Shown here: one piece after another, positions 1 through 12,249 of the stretch
Layout of the letters: the number at the start of each line of letters is the position of its first letter
Position numbering within the stretch: position 1 is the stretch's first letter
Source: Scyliorhinus canicula
Taxonomy: Eukaryota
Length of the DNA: 64,000 nucleotides
Direction: 5' to 3'
Assembly: GCF_902713615.1 (NCBI RefSeq)
Contig: NW_024055492.1
Location: forward strand, 124,001 to 188,000
Position numbers and translations under genes: made by a program
The notes under the pieces: model-generated
The model's input: only the letters and a program-made list of their open reading frames with translations
What the model was told of the DNA's origin: nothing
The model's database searches: none

Positions 1-829
1 AATCTGAGTGGATCCCCCCTCTCCCCGTTTACACCGAGGGGCGCCGTAGCTCCCAGATCAATGAAGAGCCGCTTTGTATCAGGTTGGCCATTGGTTCCTG
101 AGGTTGTTCCCTGGCTCCAGCATCGCTTCTTTATCAGTGAATCATTGAATGGTCACAATACCGACTGAAGGGGTAGCACAGTGGCATGATGTGATGATTC
201 TGATATGATGTTGTGTTTCACTTCCCCAATGTCCAACCTCCTGTGAAATTGACTGAAAACATAAAAGAGCGAGTGTGAGAGTGAAATTGAGCTGAATGAA
301 TCAGGTCATTTGTGGGGCCGACACTAGGAAAAAGTGACCATGTAAACTGCGGGATTGTCATAAAAACTCAACTGGTTCAGTAATGTCCTTCAGAGAAGGG
401 AATCTGCCAACTGGTCTGGGCCTTCACAAGACTCAGACTCCGATAGGAGGGAGAGGAGAAGAGTCAATGAGAGAGAGAGGTGGGAGAGGTAGGCAATGAA
501 GGAAAGGATTTTTATACATGCACAACTTGACCAGAAATTTGACAAATCTCTCAAACCTTCAGCCTCCATCACCATAAAGGACAAGCATGTGTATGAGAAC
601 ACATTCACCTACCAATTCCTCTCCCAGTCACACACTGTACTGACATTCTGGACTGGATGAGCAAACATTTACTGCATTTAAACATTGCAAAAAATTATCC
701 TATTGTCTTTGCTTCTCTGCTACAAACTCCATTTCCTCAGCACTTACTTGGTAATGGATTTTGTAAAATTTTGTTTTTAATATTTTGGCTTTTGTTTATT
801 TTTAATTAACTTTTGTTTTTAGATTACCC

Positions 830-1385
830 AATTGTTTTTATCCCAATTGAGGGGTAATTTTAGCGTGGCCAATTCACCTACCCTGCTCATCTTTTTGGAT
901 TGTGGGAGTGAGTCCCACACAGACACAGGGAGAATGTGCAAACTCCATACAGACAGTGACACGGGGCCGGGATCAAACCCGGGTCCTCGGCTATCCACTG
1001 AGCCACCGTGCCTGCCCCCAGTGATTTCTTTGAAAGCTTCTTTTACAGGATATTACAACTGGAGAATTTACAGATGGAAACTCCAATCAAACTTCACTTC
1101 AACATTTAACAGAGTCACTCCATTCATCAGGACCTGAATATCATTGGCCTGTGGATGTGGTAAAAGAAACGTTTGTCTGTTCTGTCCGTGGGAAAATATT
1201 TTCTTTTATTAAAATAAACTTAGAGTACCAAATTATTTTTTTCCAGTTGAGGGGCAACTTTGCATGGCCAATCCGTCTGAGACAGACACGGGAAGATTCA
1301 CACACAGTGACTCGGGGCCGGCATCAAACAAAATTCCTTAGCGCCATAGGCAGCAGTGCTAGCCACTGCACCACCGTGCCGCCCT
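830..1385 (-). mobile_element. Two short V-SINE copies (830-1015 and 1225-1385) flanking the ZNF relic
   Basis: gagaatgtgcaaactccatacagacagtgac and ggggcaactttgcatggccaatcc motifs. Confidence 0.75.
1050..1200 (+). pseudogene. Relic ZNF terminal-exon 5' end
   Basis: ttttacag|gatattac..., near-identical to 27510-27665, including the same upstream SINE remnant. Confidence 0.75.
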
Positions 1386-1559
1386 GAGGATTGTGTTTCT
1401 GACATGCGTCTCTGTGTGACTCAACAGAGCCGCACATGGGGTCAGATATCCATTGAGTTGGTGGGATCCAGAGAGCAGAATTTGCTTGTTTCTTCACTTC
1501 TCTGTTGCTACTCTGATCATAGATATCTGGGTCTGTGCAAACTGGGGTAATGGGAGGTC

Positions 1560-2160
1560 AAGTACCCAGGACAACGGGTAATGCAGTTTGCTGGCCAGGT
1601 TGTCTCTATTCTGAGAAATATGGAACAAGCTTCTCCCAGTTATTGAAAATGTTGCCCCCAACAAACATGGCGGCCGCACATGCGCTCTGCTGCTCATTGT
1701 CCCGAATAAAGATGGCGGCCGTTATCCCGAACCGATCACCGGACCCTCGAGGCCCCGCTCCGTGAAACGGGGGAACTAGGAAGTGATTTTTCCGGGTATG
1801 GGCTTGGACAACATGTTTAGAAAACTTTTCCACCCACCAGCCAGATCCATCGCTCCCGTGTTCAACAATATTCCTCTTACCCTTTGTGGATCCGAAATAA
1901 AAGCATCTCTCCACCGCCATTACCCGCACTGCGCATGCTTCAGTTGAAGTCCCACCCACCTTCACTCACTCCGATTGGTTGAAAGACGAGCATCTCCCGG
2001 TCGGTCCTCCAGTCCCGCCCCCTCTTCCTATTGGTCCGGAGCTGCCGTCAATCACTCTCGACATTGTGATGTGGTGCATGCGCAGTGAAGCTCATGTCCA
2101 GACGCTTGTTTGTCTCATCTTCAGGCGGGAAGGAGGCGGATAAGCGGAGGAGGCGTTAGG
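1560..2160. promoter_or_regulatory. Bidirectional-promoter-like cassette, copy 1
   Basis: AACATGGCGGCC and AAGATGGCGGCC (YY1-like), ACTGCGCATGCT and GTGCATGCGCAGT (NRF1-like), two ATTGG boxes, CCCGCCC. Confidence 0.65.
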
Positions 2161-2589
2161 GGCAGTGGGTGTGGGAGGGGAGGCCTCAACACCCCCAATA
2201 ACAAACTAGCGGCTTTGCTTTGAGGTGTCCAGCGCTGTCTGTCCCCTGACCATGTGCTGCTGATTTACTAGCTTTATCCCCACAGTATCTTTCGCAGTCA
2301 GCAAATGTTTTCCCTTTGCTAATATCCATTTCTATTCCACTTCTGAGCTTCTATTGACCATCACATTTTGCATCGCTTTTATTCCCTGTAATTCATCTGT
2401 ACATCCTGAAATGTTAACTCTTTCTCCACAGTTACTGCTTGGACTGTGGAATATTTTCAGAATGTTCTCAGTTTATTTCAGATTTCCAGAGCTGCAGTTT
2501 GTTTTTATTGAAGTCAGGACGGTGTGTGACTTTGAGCGGTCTTTGCCACAATTCCCACAGCACAGTGTGGATGTACTGGTGTGTCTGCA

Positions 2590-3615
2590 GATGGAATGAA
2601 GTAGTGAATGGAGATCTGTAACTCATGGTGTTCCACAGTGATCAGTACTGGGACCTCTGCTGTTTGTAATACATATATATAAATGATTTGGAAGAAAATG
2701 TAGCAGGTCTGATTAGCAAGTTTGCGGATGATACGAAGATTGCAGGATTGCAGATAGTGATGAAAATTGTCATAGAATACAACAGGACATACGTAGGCAG
2801 CAAAATTGGCTGGAGAAATGGCAAGTGGAATTTAACCCAGACAAATTTGAGGTGATACATTTTGGTAGATCCAATTCAGGTGGAAGCTGTAAAATAAATT
2901 GCAGAACCATCAGGAGCAGAGACACCGAGAGATCTGTGTGTGCAGGCCCACAGATCCTTAAAAATGGCAGCACAGATGGAAATGGTGGTGAAGAAAGCAG
3001 ACAGCAAGCTTGCCTTCATAGGATGGGGTATTGTGTATAAAAACTCAAAAGATTATGTTCCAGTTACATAGAACGTTGGTTAGGCCACATTTGAAATACT
3101 GTGTTCCAATTCTGGTCACTGCACTACCAGAAGGACGTGGAGGCTTTGGAGAGAGTTCAGAAAAGGTTTACCAGGATGTTGCCTGGTATGGAGGGTACTA
3201 GCTATGAGGGGAAATTGAATAAACTGGGATTGTTCTCCTTGGAGAGACAGAGGCTGAGGGGCGACCTGATAAAAGTTTATAAAATTATTAGGGGTATGGA
3301 TAGGATAAACAGTTGGACACTTTTTCCCAGGGCGGAATTGAAAAGTACAAGGGGGCACAAGTTCAAGGTGAGGGGGATGGATTCAGTGGAGATGTGCGGG
3401 AGAAGTTTTTTTACACAAAGGGAGGTGGTGGCCTGGAATGCGCTGCCAAGTCAGATGGTTCAGGCAGATACGTTAGTGACTTTTAAGACATCTGGATAGG
3501 CACATGAACAGATGGGGTATAGAAGAATACAGGTGGTTGGTCTAGATAGGACATGTGATTGGCACAGGCTTGGAGGGCCGAAGGGCCTGTTCCTGTGCTG
3601 TATTGTTCATTGTTC
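2590..3615 (+). mobile_element. CR1 (HER1-like) LINE 3' portion
   Basis: SKFADDTKI, FNPDKFEVIHFGRSN, QFWSLHYQKDVEALERVQKRFTRMLPG; tail gggccgaagggcctgttcctgtgctgtattgttc. Confidence 0.92.
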
Positions 3616-3619
3616 TTTC

Positions 3620-4841
3620 CCAGACTCGGGGCAGATGGATAGTCTCTCTCCAGTGTGACTGTGCTGATGTGCTGTGAGATCAGATGATCACCTGAATCCA
3701 GTCCCACAGTCCAAGCATCTGAACGGTCTCTCATCAGTGTGAACACTTGGATGGTGCATCAGGTCTTGGGAACTTTTATAGAACTTCCTACAGTCTGACC
3801 ATTGGAAAGGTCTCTCGTCAGTGTGAACCTGTTGGTGTCTTGTTAGATTGAATGTGTGAGAAAATCCCTTCCCACACTTGGAGCAGGTGAATATCTTTCT
3901 CCAGTGGGAACTTGTTGGTGTGTCAGCAGGTGGGATAAACAAGTAAACCCCTTCTCACACTCGGAGCAAGTGAACAGCCTCTCCCCAGTGTGCACTTGCT
4001 GGTGTTTAATAAGGTCAGATGATTGCCTGAATCTAGTCCCACATGGCAAGCACCTGAACGGTGTCTCGTCAGTGTGAACATGTCGATGGGACATCAGTCC
4101 TGAGAACTTTTAAAGCACTTTCCACAATCTGCGCCTTTAAAACATCTCACATCAGTGTGAACCCACTGGTGTGTCAGCAGGTTGGATGGGTGAGCAAATC
4201 CCCTCCCACACTTGGAGCAGCTGAACGGTCCGGGTGTGACCTCGCTGGTGTGTCAGCAGATGGGATAAGGTAGTGAATCCCTTCCACACTTAAAGCAGGT
4301 GAAGTGTCCAACGTGACTGCCCTGATGAACTTCCAGCTCTGACAGGTAACTGAATCCTTCCACACAGCCCCCAAATATCTGGAGATTCTCCCTGTTGTTT
4401 TTTTTTTAATTTAGAGTACCCAATTATTATTTTTTTATTTTCCAATTAAGGGGCAATTTAGTGTGGCCAATCCACCTAACCTGCACATCTTTGGGCTATG
4501 GGGGTGAAACCCACGCAGACACGGGGAGAATGTGCAAACTCCACACGGACAGTGACCCAGGGCCGGGATTCGAACCTGGGTCCTCAGTGCCGCAGTCCCA
4601 ATGCTATCCACTGTGCCACGTGCCGCCCCGATTCTCCCTGTTGTGACAGTATTTATGTTTCGACAGGTCAGATAGTCGGCTGACTTCTCTTCCACACACA
4701 TAACACAGAAATAGTTTCTGCTCACTGTGAGCAGTCTTTCCTTCCATGTCCAAAATACAGTGATATATTAGGCGACTCTGTCATATCCTGATGTGATGTT
4801 TGGTTTGGGTTTCAAGACTGGCGAGTTCCTCTTCTAATAAC
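3620..4841 (-). pseudogene. C2H2-ZNF pseudogene terminal exon (~8 degenerate fingers, frameshifts), interrupted by a poly(A) SINE and abutting a CR1 tail
   Basis: [29 protein letters not shown] and [29 protein letters not shown] occur in different frames; acceptor tttcacag at 4842. Confidence 0.88.
4398..4629 (-). mobile_element. Short poly(A)-tailed tRNA-derived V-SINE with a ~15-bp TSD
   Basis: TSD gattctccctgttgt at 4384-4398 and 4630-4644; T-run = poly(A) on the minus strand. Confidence 0.9.
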
Positions 4842-6209
4842 CTGTGAAATTGTTTTAAAACAGAAAAATGTGAGTGAGAGAGAACCCACAAAAACACAAA
4901 GGCAGGTTGTGAAATTGAGCTGAATGAATCTGGTCACTTGTGGGGCCGGCTCTGGGAAAAACTGACCATGAAAACTGCTGGATTGTCACAAAAACCCAAC
5001 TGGTTCCCCCAATGTCCCGAAAGACATGCTGCTAGGTACTTTGGACATTCTGAATTCTCCCTCTGTGTACCCGAACAGATGCTGGAATGAGGTGACTAGG
5101 GGCTTTTCACAGTAACTTCAATGCAGTGTTAATGTAAGCCTACTTATGACAATAAACAATCAGGAAAAAGGAACCTGCAACTGGTCTGGGCCAACACAAG
5201 CTCTGGACACTGTGGGAGCAGAGAGAAAGGGAGTGGCAGGGATAAAAGAGAGGGATTTCATATATCGAAAACTCAACCAGAATGTTAATACCCAAACACT
5301 CAACCTCCACACCTAGAAACACCCGGGTAGCAGCTGGATGTTAACAGCATCACATACAACTGCTCAAAGTCACACACCGTCCTGACTTCAATAAAAATAA
5401 TATACTGCAGCTGCTGGAAATCTGCAATAAAACGAGAATATTCTGGAAATATTCCACAGGCCAAGCAGTAAATGTGGAGAAAGAGTTAATGTTTCAGGAT
5501 GGACGGAATGAATTACAGGGAATAAAAGCGATGCAAAATATGATGGTCAATATAAACTCAGAAGTGGAATAGAAATGGATACTGGCACAGGGAAAACAAT
5601 TGCTGACTGTGAAAGATATTGAATAATTGGACAGGCAGCACATGGTCAGGGGTCGGACAGTGGTGGACACCTCATTTAGACATCGTTGGGAAAAGTAACA
5701 GTAAAATACTGAACACAGCTAAATTACACTCATTATTCGAGATAGTGGAAGTGAGACAATGACAGAGAGCTGATCAGGGAGGGAAGAGGTGAATCTGCGC
5801 AAATGATGAACATGGATTCAGATACACAGTAAAGAAGTCACACCAGCCCCAGAGCTAGGAAAATTCTCACAGAGAACAGGGCACAGCACTAAACATTCTA
5901 GATTGTAGAGGAATGGACAAAAATACTCCCCATTAGAACAATTTCACTGTTTTCAATTTTAAACTCTCTTGCTGGAGCCTGCAGCCAGAAAGATATCAGA
6001 AGCCCTGGAGTCAGAGAAAAATCTCCCAGTTGAGGAAGTACCTGGGGCACGGGGGTGATGTCACTGCACAGCTGTTGGTGCGTGATGACATCATGGACAG
6101 GAAGACAACATCTGGATCTGTGCAAACCAGTGATAACCACACAGTCTGCAGTATAGGAGTGTTCTTGAGAGGGTGCAAAGTTGATTTACCAGAATTATTC
6201 CACGAATGA

Positions 6210-6960
6210 GGGATTATCCGCTTATCCGCCTCCTTCCCGCCTGAAGATGAGACAAACAAGCGTCTGTCTCTGGGCATGAGACGCACTGCGCATGCTCCAC
6301 ATCACAATGCCGGGGAGTGATTGACAGCAGCTCTAGACCAACAGGATGAAGGGGTGGGGCTGGATGACCCAGCGAGTGAGGTTGGTCCTCCAACCAATCA
6401 GAGTGAACGAGGGCGGGTGGGACTGAAGCATGCGCAGTGCAGGCAATGAAAAATGAAATGAAAATCGCTTATTGTCACGAGTAGGCTTCAATGAAGTTAC
6501 TGTGAAAAGCCCCTAGTCACCACATTCCGTCGCCTGTCTGGGGAGGCTGGTATGGGAATTGAACCGTGCTGCTGGCCTGATTTAAAAGCCAGCAATTTAG
6601 CCCAGTGAGCTAAACCAGCCCCTGGCGATGTAGAGAAGCTTTTGTCTCAGATCCACAAAGGGTAAGAGGAATATTGTGGAACACGGGAGCGATGAATCAG
6701 TCTGGTGGGTGGAGAGGTTTCCTAAACATGTTGTGCAAACCCATACGCGAAAAAAAATCACTTCCTCGTTCGCCCGTTTCAAGTAGCAGCGTCGAGAGGG
6801 TCCAGTGATCGGTTTGGGATAACGACCACCATCTTTATTCGGGACAATGAGCAGCAGAGCGCATGTGCGACCACCATGTTTGTTGGGGGCAACATTTTCA
6901 ATGACTGGGAGAAGCTTATTCCACATTGGTCAGAATGGAGACGACCGGGCCAGCAAATTG
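6210..6960. promoter_or_regulatory. Bidirectional-promoter-like cassette, copy 2 (inverted relative to copy 1), with a SINE fragment at ~6450-6625
   Basis: Reverse-complement homology to 1560-2160 (agcatgcgcagtgc, ccaatcagagtgaa, gcgcatgtgcgaccaccatgtttgttggggg). Confidence 0.65.
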
Positions 6961-7020
6961 CATTACCCTTTGTCCTGGGGACTTGACCTCCCATTACCCC
7001 GGTTTGCACAGACCCAGATA

Positions 7021-7355
7021 GAACATAGAACAGTACAGTACAGACCCTTCGGCCCTCGATGTTGTGCCGAGCAATAATCACCCTACTCAAACCCACGTAT
7101 CCACCCTATACCCGTAACCCAACAACCCCCCCCCTTAACCTTACTTTTTAGGACACTACGGGCAAATTAGCATGGCCAATCCACCTAACCCGCACATCTT
7201 TGGACTGTGGGAGGAAACCGGAGCACCCGGAGGAAACCCACGCACACACGGGGAGGACGTGCAGACTCCGCACAGACAGTGACCCAGCCGGGAACTGAAC
7301 CTGGGACCCTGGAGCTGTGAAGCATTTATGCTAACCACCATGCTACCGTGCTGCC
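7021..7355 (-). mobile_element. Full-length young HE1-like V-SINE with CR1-type tail
   Basis: tRNA-like head, V domain, tail ctgttctatgttc; short TSD agata. Confidence 0.9.
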
Positions 7356-7494
7356 TCATAGATATCTATGATCAGATAGCAACAGAGATGTAAAGAAACA
7401 GAAGCAAACCTGCTCTCTGGATCCCACCAACTCAAAGGACGCCTGACCCCATGTGGGGCTCTGTTCAGTCACACAAAGGCCCATGTGGGAACCC

Positions 7495-7945
7495 TAGGAG
7501 CGGCAAGGCGGTGTAGTGCTTAGCACTGCTGCCTATGGTGCTGAGGACCTGGGTTCGATGACGGCCCCAGGTCACTGTCTGTGGACTCTGCATGTTCTCC
7601 CCGTGTGTGCATGGGTTTCCTCCAGGTGCTCCGGTTTCATCCCACAGTTTAACAATAGGTGGATTGGCTATGCTAAATTGCCCTTAATGTCCAGAAAGGT
7701 TAAGTTGGGTTAGGGGATAAAGGGAATGGGGTGGAGGCGTGGATCTTAAGTGGGGTGCTCTTTGCAAGGGCTGGTGCAGACTTGATGGACTGAATGGCCT
7801 CCTTCTGCACTGTAAATTCTATGGTTCTTCCCATGTCTGCGTGGATCTCACCTCCACAACCAAAGGTGTGCAGATTAGGTGGATTGGCCAAGCTAAATTG
7901 CCCCTTAATTGGAAAAAGACGATTGGGTACTCTAAATTCATTTGA
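7495..7945 (+). mobile_element. HE1-like SINE followed by a truncated short SINE
   Basis: Head/V domain, tail ggactgaatggcctccttctgcactgtaaattctatg, then a second V-domain 3' half. Confidence 0.8.
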
Positions 7946-7949
7946 AAAT

Positions 7950-8070
7950 AGGAAATCTTTTCCTACAGACAGAACAGACAAACATTTCTTCTTCCACATT
8001 CACAGGCCAATGATATTCAGCTCCTGGTAAATGGAGTGGCCCTGTTAAATCTTGGGGAAAAATATTTTCA
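7950..8070 (-). pseudogene. Relic ZNF terminal-exon 5' end (inverted paralogue of 1050-1200)
   Basis: EYHWPVNVEEEMFVCSVCRKRF on the minus strand. Confidence 0.7.
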
Positions 8071-8877
8071 TGTAGGTTAGGGGCTCCACAAAGTGTTTTC
8101 CAACTCCTCCCACCCATCTCCTTAACAGGTTCACACATTTATTTGTCTGACTAAAAGAATGGTCACTGGTCACACAGTGGTTATCGCTACTGCCTCACGG
8201 CGCCAAGGACCCATGTTCAATCCCAGCTCCGGGCCACTGTCCGTGTGGAGTTTGCACATTCTCCCTGTTTAAAAGATTCATCTACTTGCAGACTGAGTTT
8301 ATCCAGAAGCACAGTGCGGTTTCTGTGCTGACAGATCTACAGTGAACATGATCGTCTCCACACACCAGCTACAAGAGAAGAGAACAATTGGGATTTGATC
8401 TAAAGTGTCAGTGCTGAGAAAGTGAAATGTTCTAATTACTGAGTGAAAGTAAACCTTTCAGTGTGAATCACAATTTACTGGGACAATTGGAAAAGGCACC
8501 AAAATGTTTCAATCTCTGAAGATAAACTTCAGCCTTGAAGTTATGTTTCGGAGCTCACAAGCTGTGGGAAGCTTTGTGAATGTTTCCTATTCCCTTTTGT
8601 AAACAAGCAAAGAAGTTAACCTTTTTCCCGACAGCACGGCATCAATTTGAAATAAAGACTTTGACTTTTAAAGATTTGGCTTCACCTCATTTGTTGGGGT
8701 CATATTTCCGGTCGTGAGAATCATCGCAGGCAGGATGGAAATTTGCCAGAACATTTTTATTTATAATCCTAATCTTTATTGTCACAAGTAGTCTTACATT
8801 AACACTGCAGTGAAGTTACTGTGACAAGCCCCTCGTCAGCACATTCCGGAGCCTGTTCAGAGGGAGAATTCAGAGTT

Positions 8878-9048
8878 GTCATGTGAGAGTACCTTTAAGA
8901 CCTGGGTGATTATCAAATAGCTGAATTGCATGTACCTTTAAGAAATGCGTGTTTATCAGATATCTGCAGTGAAGACAGACAGCCCAGCTCCACCCACACT
9001 CTGATATCACTGCAGCTATTTGATAAACACTCATTTCTTAAAGGTACA
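8878..9048. repeat. Hairpin of LTR-start-like sequence; ~42-bp near-perfect inverted arms
   Basis: tgtacctttaagaaatgcgtgtttatcagatatctgcagtga versus its reverse complement at ~9008-9049; partial third copy from 8878 (tgtcatgtgagagtacctttaag). Confidence 0.7.
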
Positions 9049-9059
9049 GCTGGTCTTCC

Positions 9060-9330
9060 AACCAATCGGAGTGAATGAGGGTCGGGGCTGATCCTGGATC
9101 TCCCTCATTGGCTGAGACTGTATCATTTTGAGTTCTTACCATTGGCTAAGTGGGCGCGGGTTCCAAAACCTCTTCCTACCTGAGCGATGTTGACCAATAG
9201 GAGGATTTGGAAGACCAGGTGGACTCTGGTCCTCCAGCCAATCAGACTGCGGGCTTTGTGTAAATGAAGATTGAACTTCACACAGACTAAAACTTCTTCC
9301 TGTGTCAAACCTCTGAGTAAAATACTTTCC
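9060..9330 (+). promoter_or_regulatory. CCAAT-rich promoter-like segment
   Basis: Five CCAAT/ATTGG boxes within ~185 bp; the start is homologous to the cassette end (ccaatcggagtgaatgaggg). Confidence 0.5.
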
Positions 9331-9664
9331 ACTTTTCACTTCAATGGACTTTAAATTAGAGTCCATTCACCTTTCTACAGAACTGTTACAACAAGGAACA
9401 AACGTTACCTCTGTTTCTCTCCCAATATATGTACTCAAACAGTTCCAGAGTATGTTGACTAGGAGATTTTCACAGTAACATCATTGCAGTGTTAATGTAA
9501 TCCTACTTGTGACAATAATAAAAATTATTATTCTGTGTTTGGGTATTTTAAGGAGCAGGTAGAACTTCCTTGGTTCTGCCTGTTGTCCCCTCATATATTC
9601 CCATCAGTTTTTGGTTAATGTGTCTGGAGTCTGAGCTCTTCCAGTCTGTCTCCAATTCTCCTTA

Positions 9665-9999
9665 GGGCAGCATTGTGGTTATCACAGTAGCTTCACAGCT
9701 CCAGGGTCCCAGGTTTGATTCCGGCTGGGTCACTGTCTGTGTGGAGTATGCATATTCTCCCCGTGCATGCGTGGGTTTCCTCCGGGTGCTCCAGTTTCCT
9801 CCCACAGTCCAAAGATGTGCAGGTTAGGTGGATTGGCCATACTAAATTGCCTTCAGTGTCCAAAATTGCCCTTAGTGTTGGGTGGGGTTGCTGGGTTATG
9901 GGAATAGGGTGGAGGTGTGGGCTTGGGTAGGGTGCTCTTTTCAAGAGCTGGTGCAGACTCGATGGGCCGAATGGTCTCCTTCTGCACTGTAAATTCTAT
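9665..9999 (+). mobile_element. HE1-like V-SINE
   Basis: Head gggcagcattgtggttatcacagtagcttcacagctcc, V domain, CR1-type tail. Confidence 0.88.
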
Positions 10000-10229
10000 G
10001 AAATTCTGTCTGGAGTATATGGGTCTAGGTATCTTGGTGTTGTGATTCATGTTGTTTAGTTGTCTGTCTGACTCCAGCAGGTATTGTTGTCTCTCGATAA
10101 TGACTGTGCTGCAAACCTTGTCTTCTGGTCTTATGGACATATCCGTGTTGGATCCAAGCTCCCGGATTGTCTGTCTTCCTCTCTGGGTGAGATTCTGTTT
10201 GTCTCTTGTATTTCACTGTGACAGGGCAG

Positions 10230-10790
10230 AGACCTGATTGAAGGGATTCAAACATGGGAGTTCTGGGAAAGATGGGCAAGGATTTGGGAGGTGACAACAT
10301 GTTCAAAGAGTTTGGAGAGGAGAGGGAGGTTGAAGATGGGGCAGTAATTTGAAGGTTGGCAGGGTCAAGGGTTTGTTTTATTGAGGAGGGGGTGATGATG
10401 GCAGATTTGAAGGACAGAGGGACAGTACCTGAAGAGAGAGAAATGTTGACAATATCAGTGGACACAGGGTAGTTGGCTGATCAGTAGCTCAGTGGGAATA
10501 GGGTCGACGGAGCAGGAGCTGGGTCTCATGGACAAGATGAGCTCTGAGAGGGCATGAGGGGAGATGGGACAGAAACTAGAGAAAGATGTGGGTTCAGGGC
10601 TCGGGAAAGGATGAAATTTAGAGACAGTTTGGTCCGGTGGGCTCGTGGAAGGGAGGGAAGCAGTAGAGGCAGCTGATCGGATTGACTCAATCTCAGTCAC
10701 AAAGAAGCTCCACAGGCTCCTCACACTTCTTGTTGGAGGTGAGGATGGAAGAGACGGGGAGAGCGAGAGTACTTCAAAAGGAACTAACTT
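10230..10790 (-). mobile_element. L2-clade LINE RT N-terminal fragment with frameshifts
   Basis: SELILSMRPSSCSVDPIPT, DIVNISLSSGTVPLSFKSAIITP, KQTLDP, MFESLQSG. Confidence 0.8.
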
Positions 10791-10969
10791 GTGTCAGAGA
10801 TATTAAAATGTTTCCGCACACGGTATATTTCGCACAAATCTAATTTATTTGACTTTTAGCCAGAATATTAGCCCCTGTAAATTGGGTGGAGTTTGTTATC
10901 AGCAGAAAGAGACCCAAATGAACATATGCATTCAGTCCTGAATGTAACAGCAAAATCCAATCACTGTGG

Positions 10970-11503
10970 TTACCTATGGCCACGTTGGTGTCTCCGCAGG
11001 GAGGATGAAGCGGTGAATCCCTTCCCACAATCTGAGCAGATGAACAGCCTCCTCCCAGTATGAATTAGCTGGTGTCTCAGCAGGTCGGCTGACTGAGTGA
11101 ATCCCTCCCCACACTTGGAACAAGCGAATGGCCTCTCCCCAGTATGAATTCGCTGGTGCGTCTGCAGTTGGGATGATTGAGTGAATCCCTTCCCACACTC
11201 TGAGCAGGTAAATGGTTTCTCACCAGTGTGAACTCGCTGATGTTTTTGCAGGGTGGATGGCTCAGTGAATCCCTTCCCACACTTGGAGCAGGTGAATGGT
11301 ATCTCCCCAGTGTGACTGCGTCGATGAGTATCCAGCTTGGATGGGGAAGTGAATCTTTTCCCACAGTCTACACATTTCCACAATTTCTCCTCAGTGTGAC
11401 TGCATTTGTGGCTTTTGAGGCCTGATGATCGAGCAAGTCCTCGTCCACACACACAACACGTGGACGGTTTCTCCCCACTGTGAACGATGCTTTTTCCTTC
11501 CAT
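10970..11503 (-). CDS. C2H2 zinc-finger protein, 6 fingers (first one degenerate); likely start [13 protein letters not shown]
   Basis: Open frame with CxxC..HxxxH repeats and TGEK/RPF linkers. The exon acceptor is tttcacag at 11610, so the ORF-track Met at 11668 is intronic. Confidence 0.82.
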   Translation of the reverse strand: MEGKSIVHSGEKPSTCCVCGRGLARSSGLKSHKCSHTEEKLWKCVDCGKRFTSPSKLDTHRRSHTGEIPFTCSKCGKGFTEPSTLQKHQRVHTGEKPFTCSECGKGFTQSSQLQTHQRIHTGERPFACSKCGEGFTQSADLLRHQLIHTGRRLFICSDCGKGFTASSSLRRHQRGHR

Positions 11504-11914
11504 GTTCCAAGTACGATGATATTCAGCATATGTACAATTGAGGACTCTGTCAGATCCTGATGTGATGCTTGGTTTGATTCTGCAGACTTTGAAGCCTCCT
11601 TCGAACACCCTGTGAAACTGATTTAAAAACAGAAAATAGGGAGTGAGAGAGAACCCACAAAAACACAAAGGCAGGTTGTGAAATTGAGCTGAATGAACCT
11701 GGTCATTTGTGGGGCCGGCACTGGGAAAAAGTGACCATGAAAACGGCTGGATTGTTATAAAAACCCAACTGGCCTCTTTGGGAGGAATGAGAGAGAGGTG
11801 AAGAGGGATTTTGTATATCTACAAGACATGATAAGAGAGTAGTTGGCAAAACATCCAATTTCAACATTGAGCTTCATAAATAGAAATACTGATACTGAAA
11901 CTATGCTTCTGGTA

Positions 11915-12240
11915 ACAGTGATTAGCACTGCTACCTCACATCCAGCCTTGGTGACTGTCTCTGTGGAGTTTGCACTTTCTCCCAGTGTCTGCGTGGGTTT
12001 CCACCCGGTGCTCAGGTTTCCTCCAACAGTCCAAAGAAGGGCACGTTAGGTGGATTGGCCGTGATAAATTGCCCTTAGTGTCCAGGGATGTGCAGGTTAG
12101 GTGGGGCTATGGGGTTACAGGGACAGGGTAGGGGTGTGGGCCGAGGCAGGGTGCCCTTTCAGAGAATCAGTGCAGACTCGATGGGCCGAATGGCCTCCTT
12201 CTGCACTGTAGGAATTCTATGGTTCTAATTCTATTCTGTG
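11915..12240 (+). mobile_element. HE1-like V-SINE
   Basis: V domain and tail gggccgaatggcctccttctgcactgtagg. Confidence 0.82.
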
Positions 12241-12249
12241 AATCTTTAT

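Noticed and set aside
1-242. Possible terminal exon of another minus-strand ZNF-like gene (tttcacag acceptor near 242)
   Set aside because: It shares the intron/acceptor context of the ZNF units, but no finger motif is visible inside the window.
8520-8585. Two short hairpins (aacttcag..ttgaagtt; tcacaagct..agctttgtga) as a miRNA or snoRNA
   Set aside because: Stems are too short and there are no box motifs or recognisable mature sequence.
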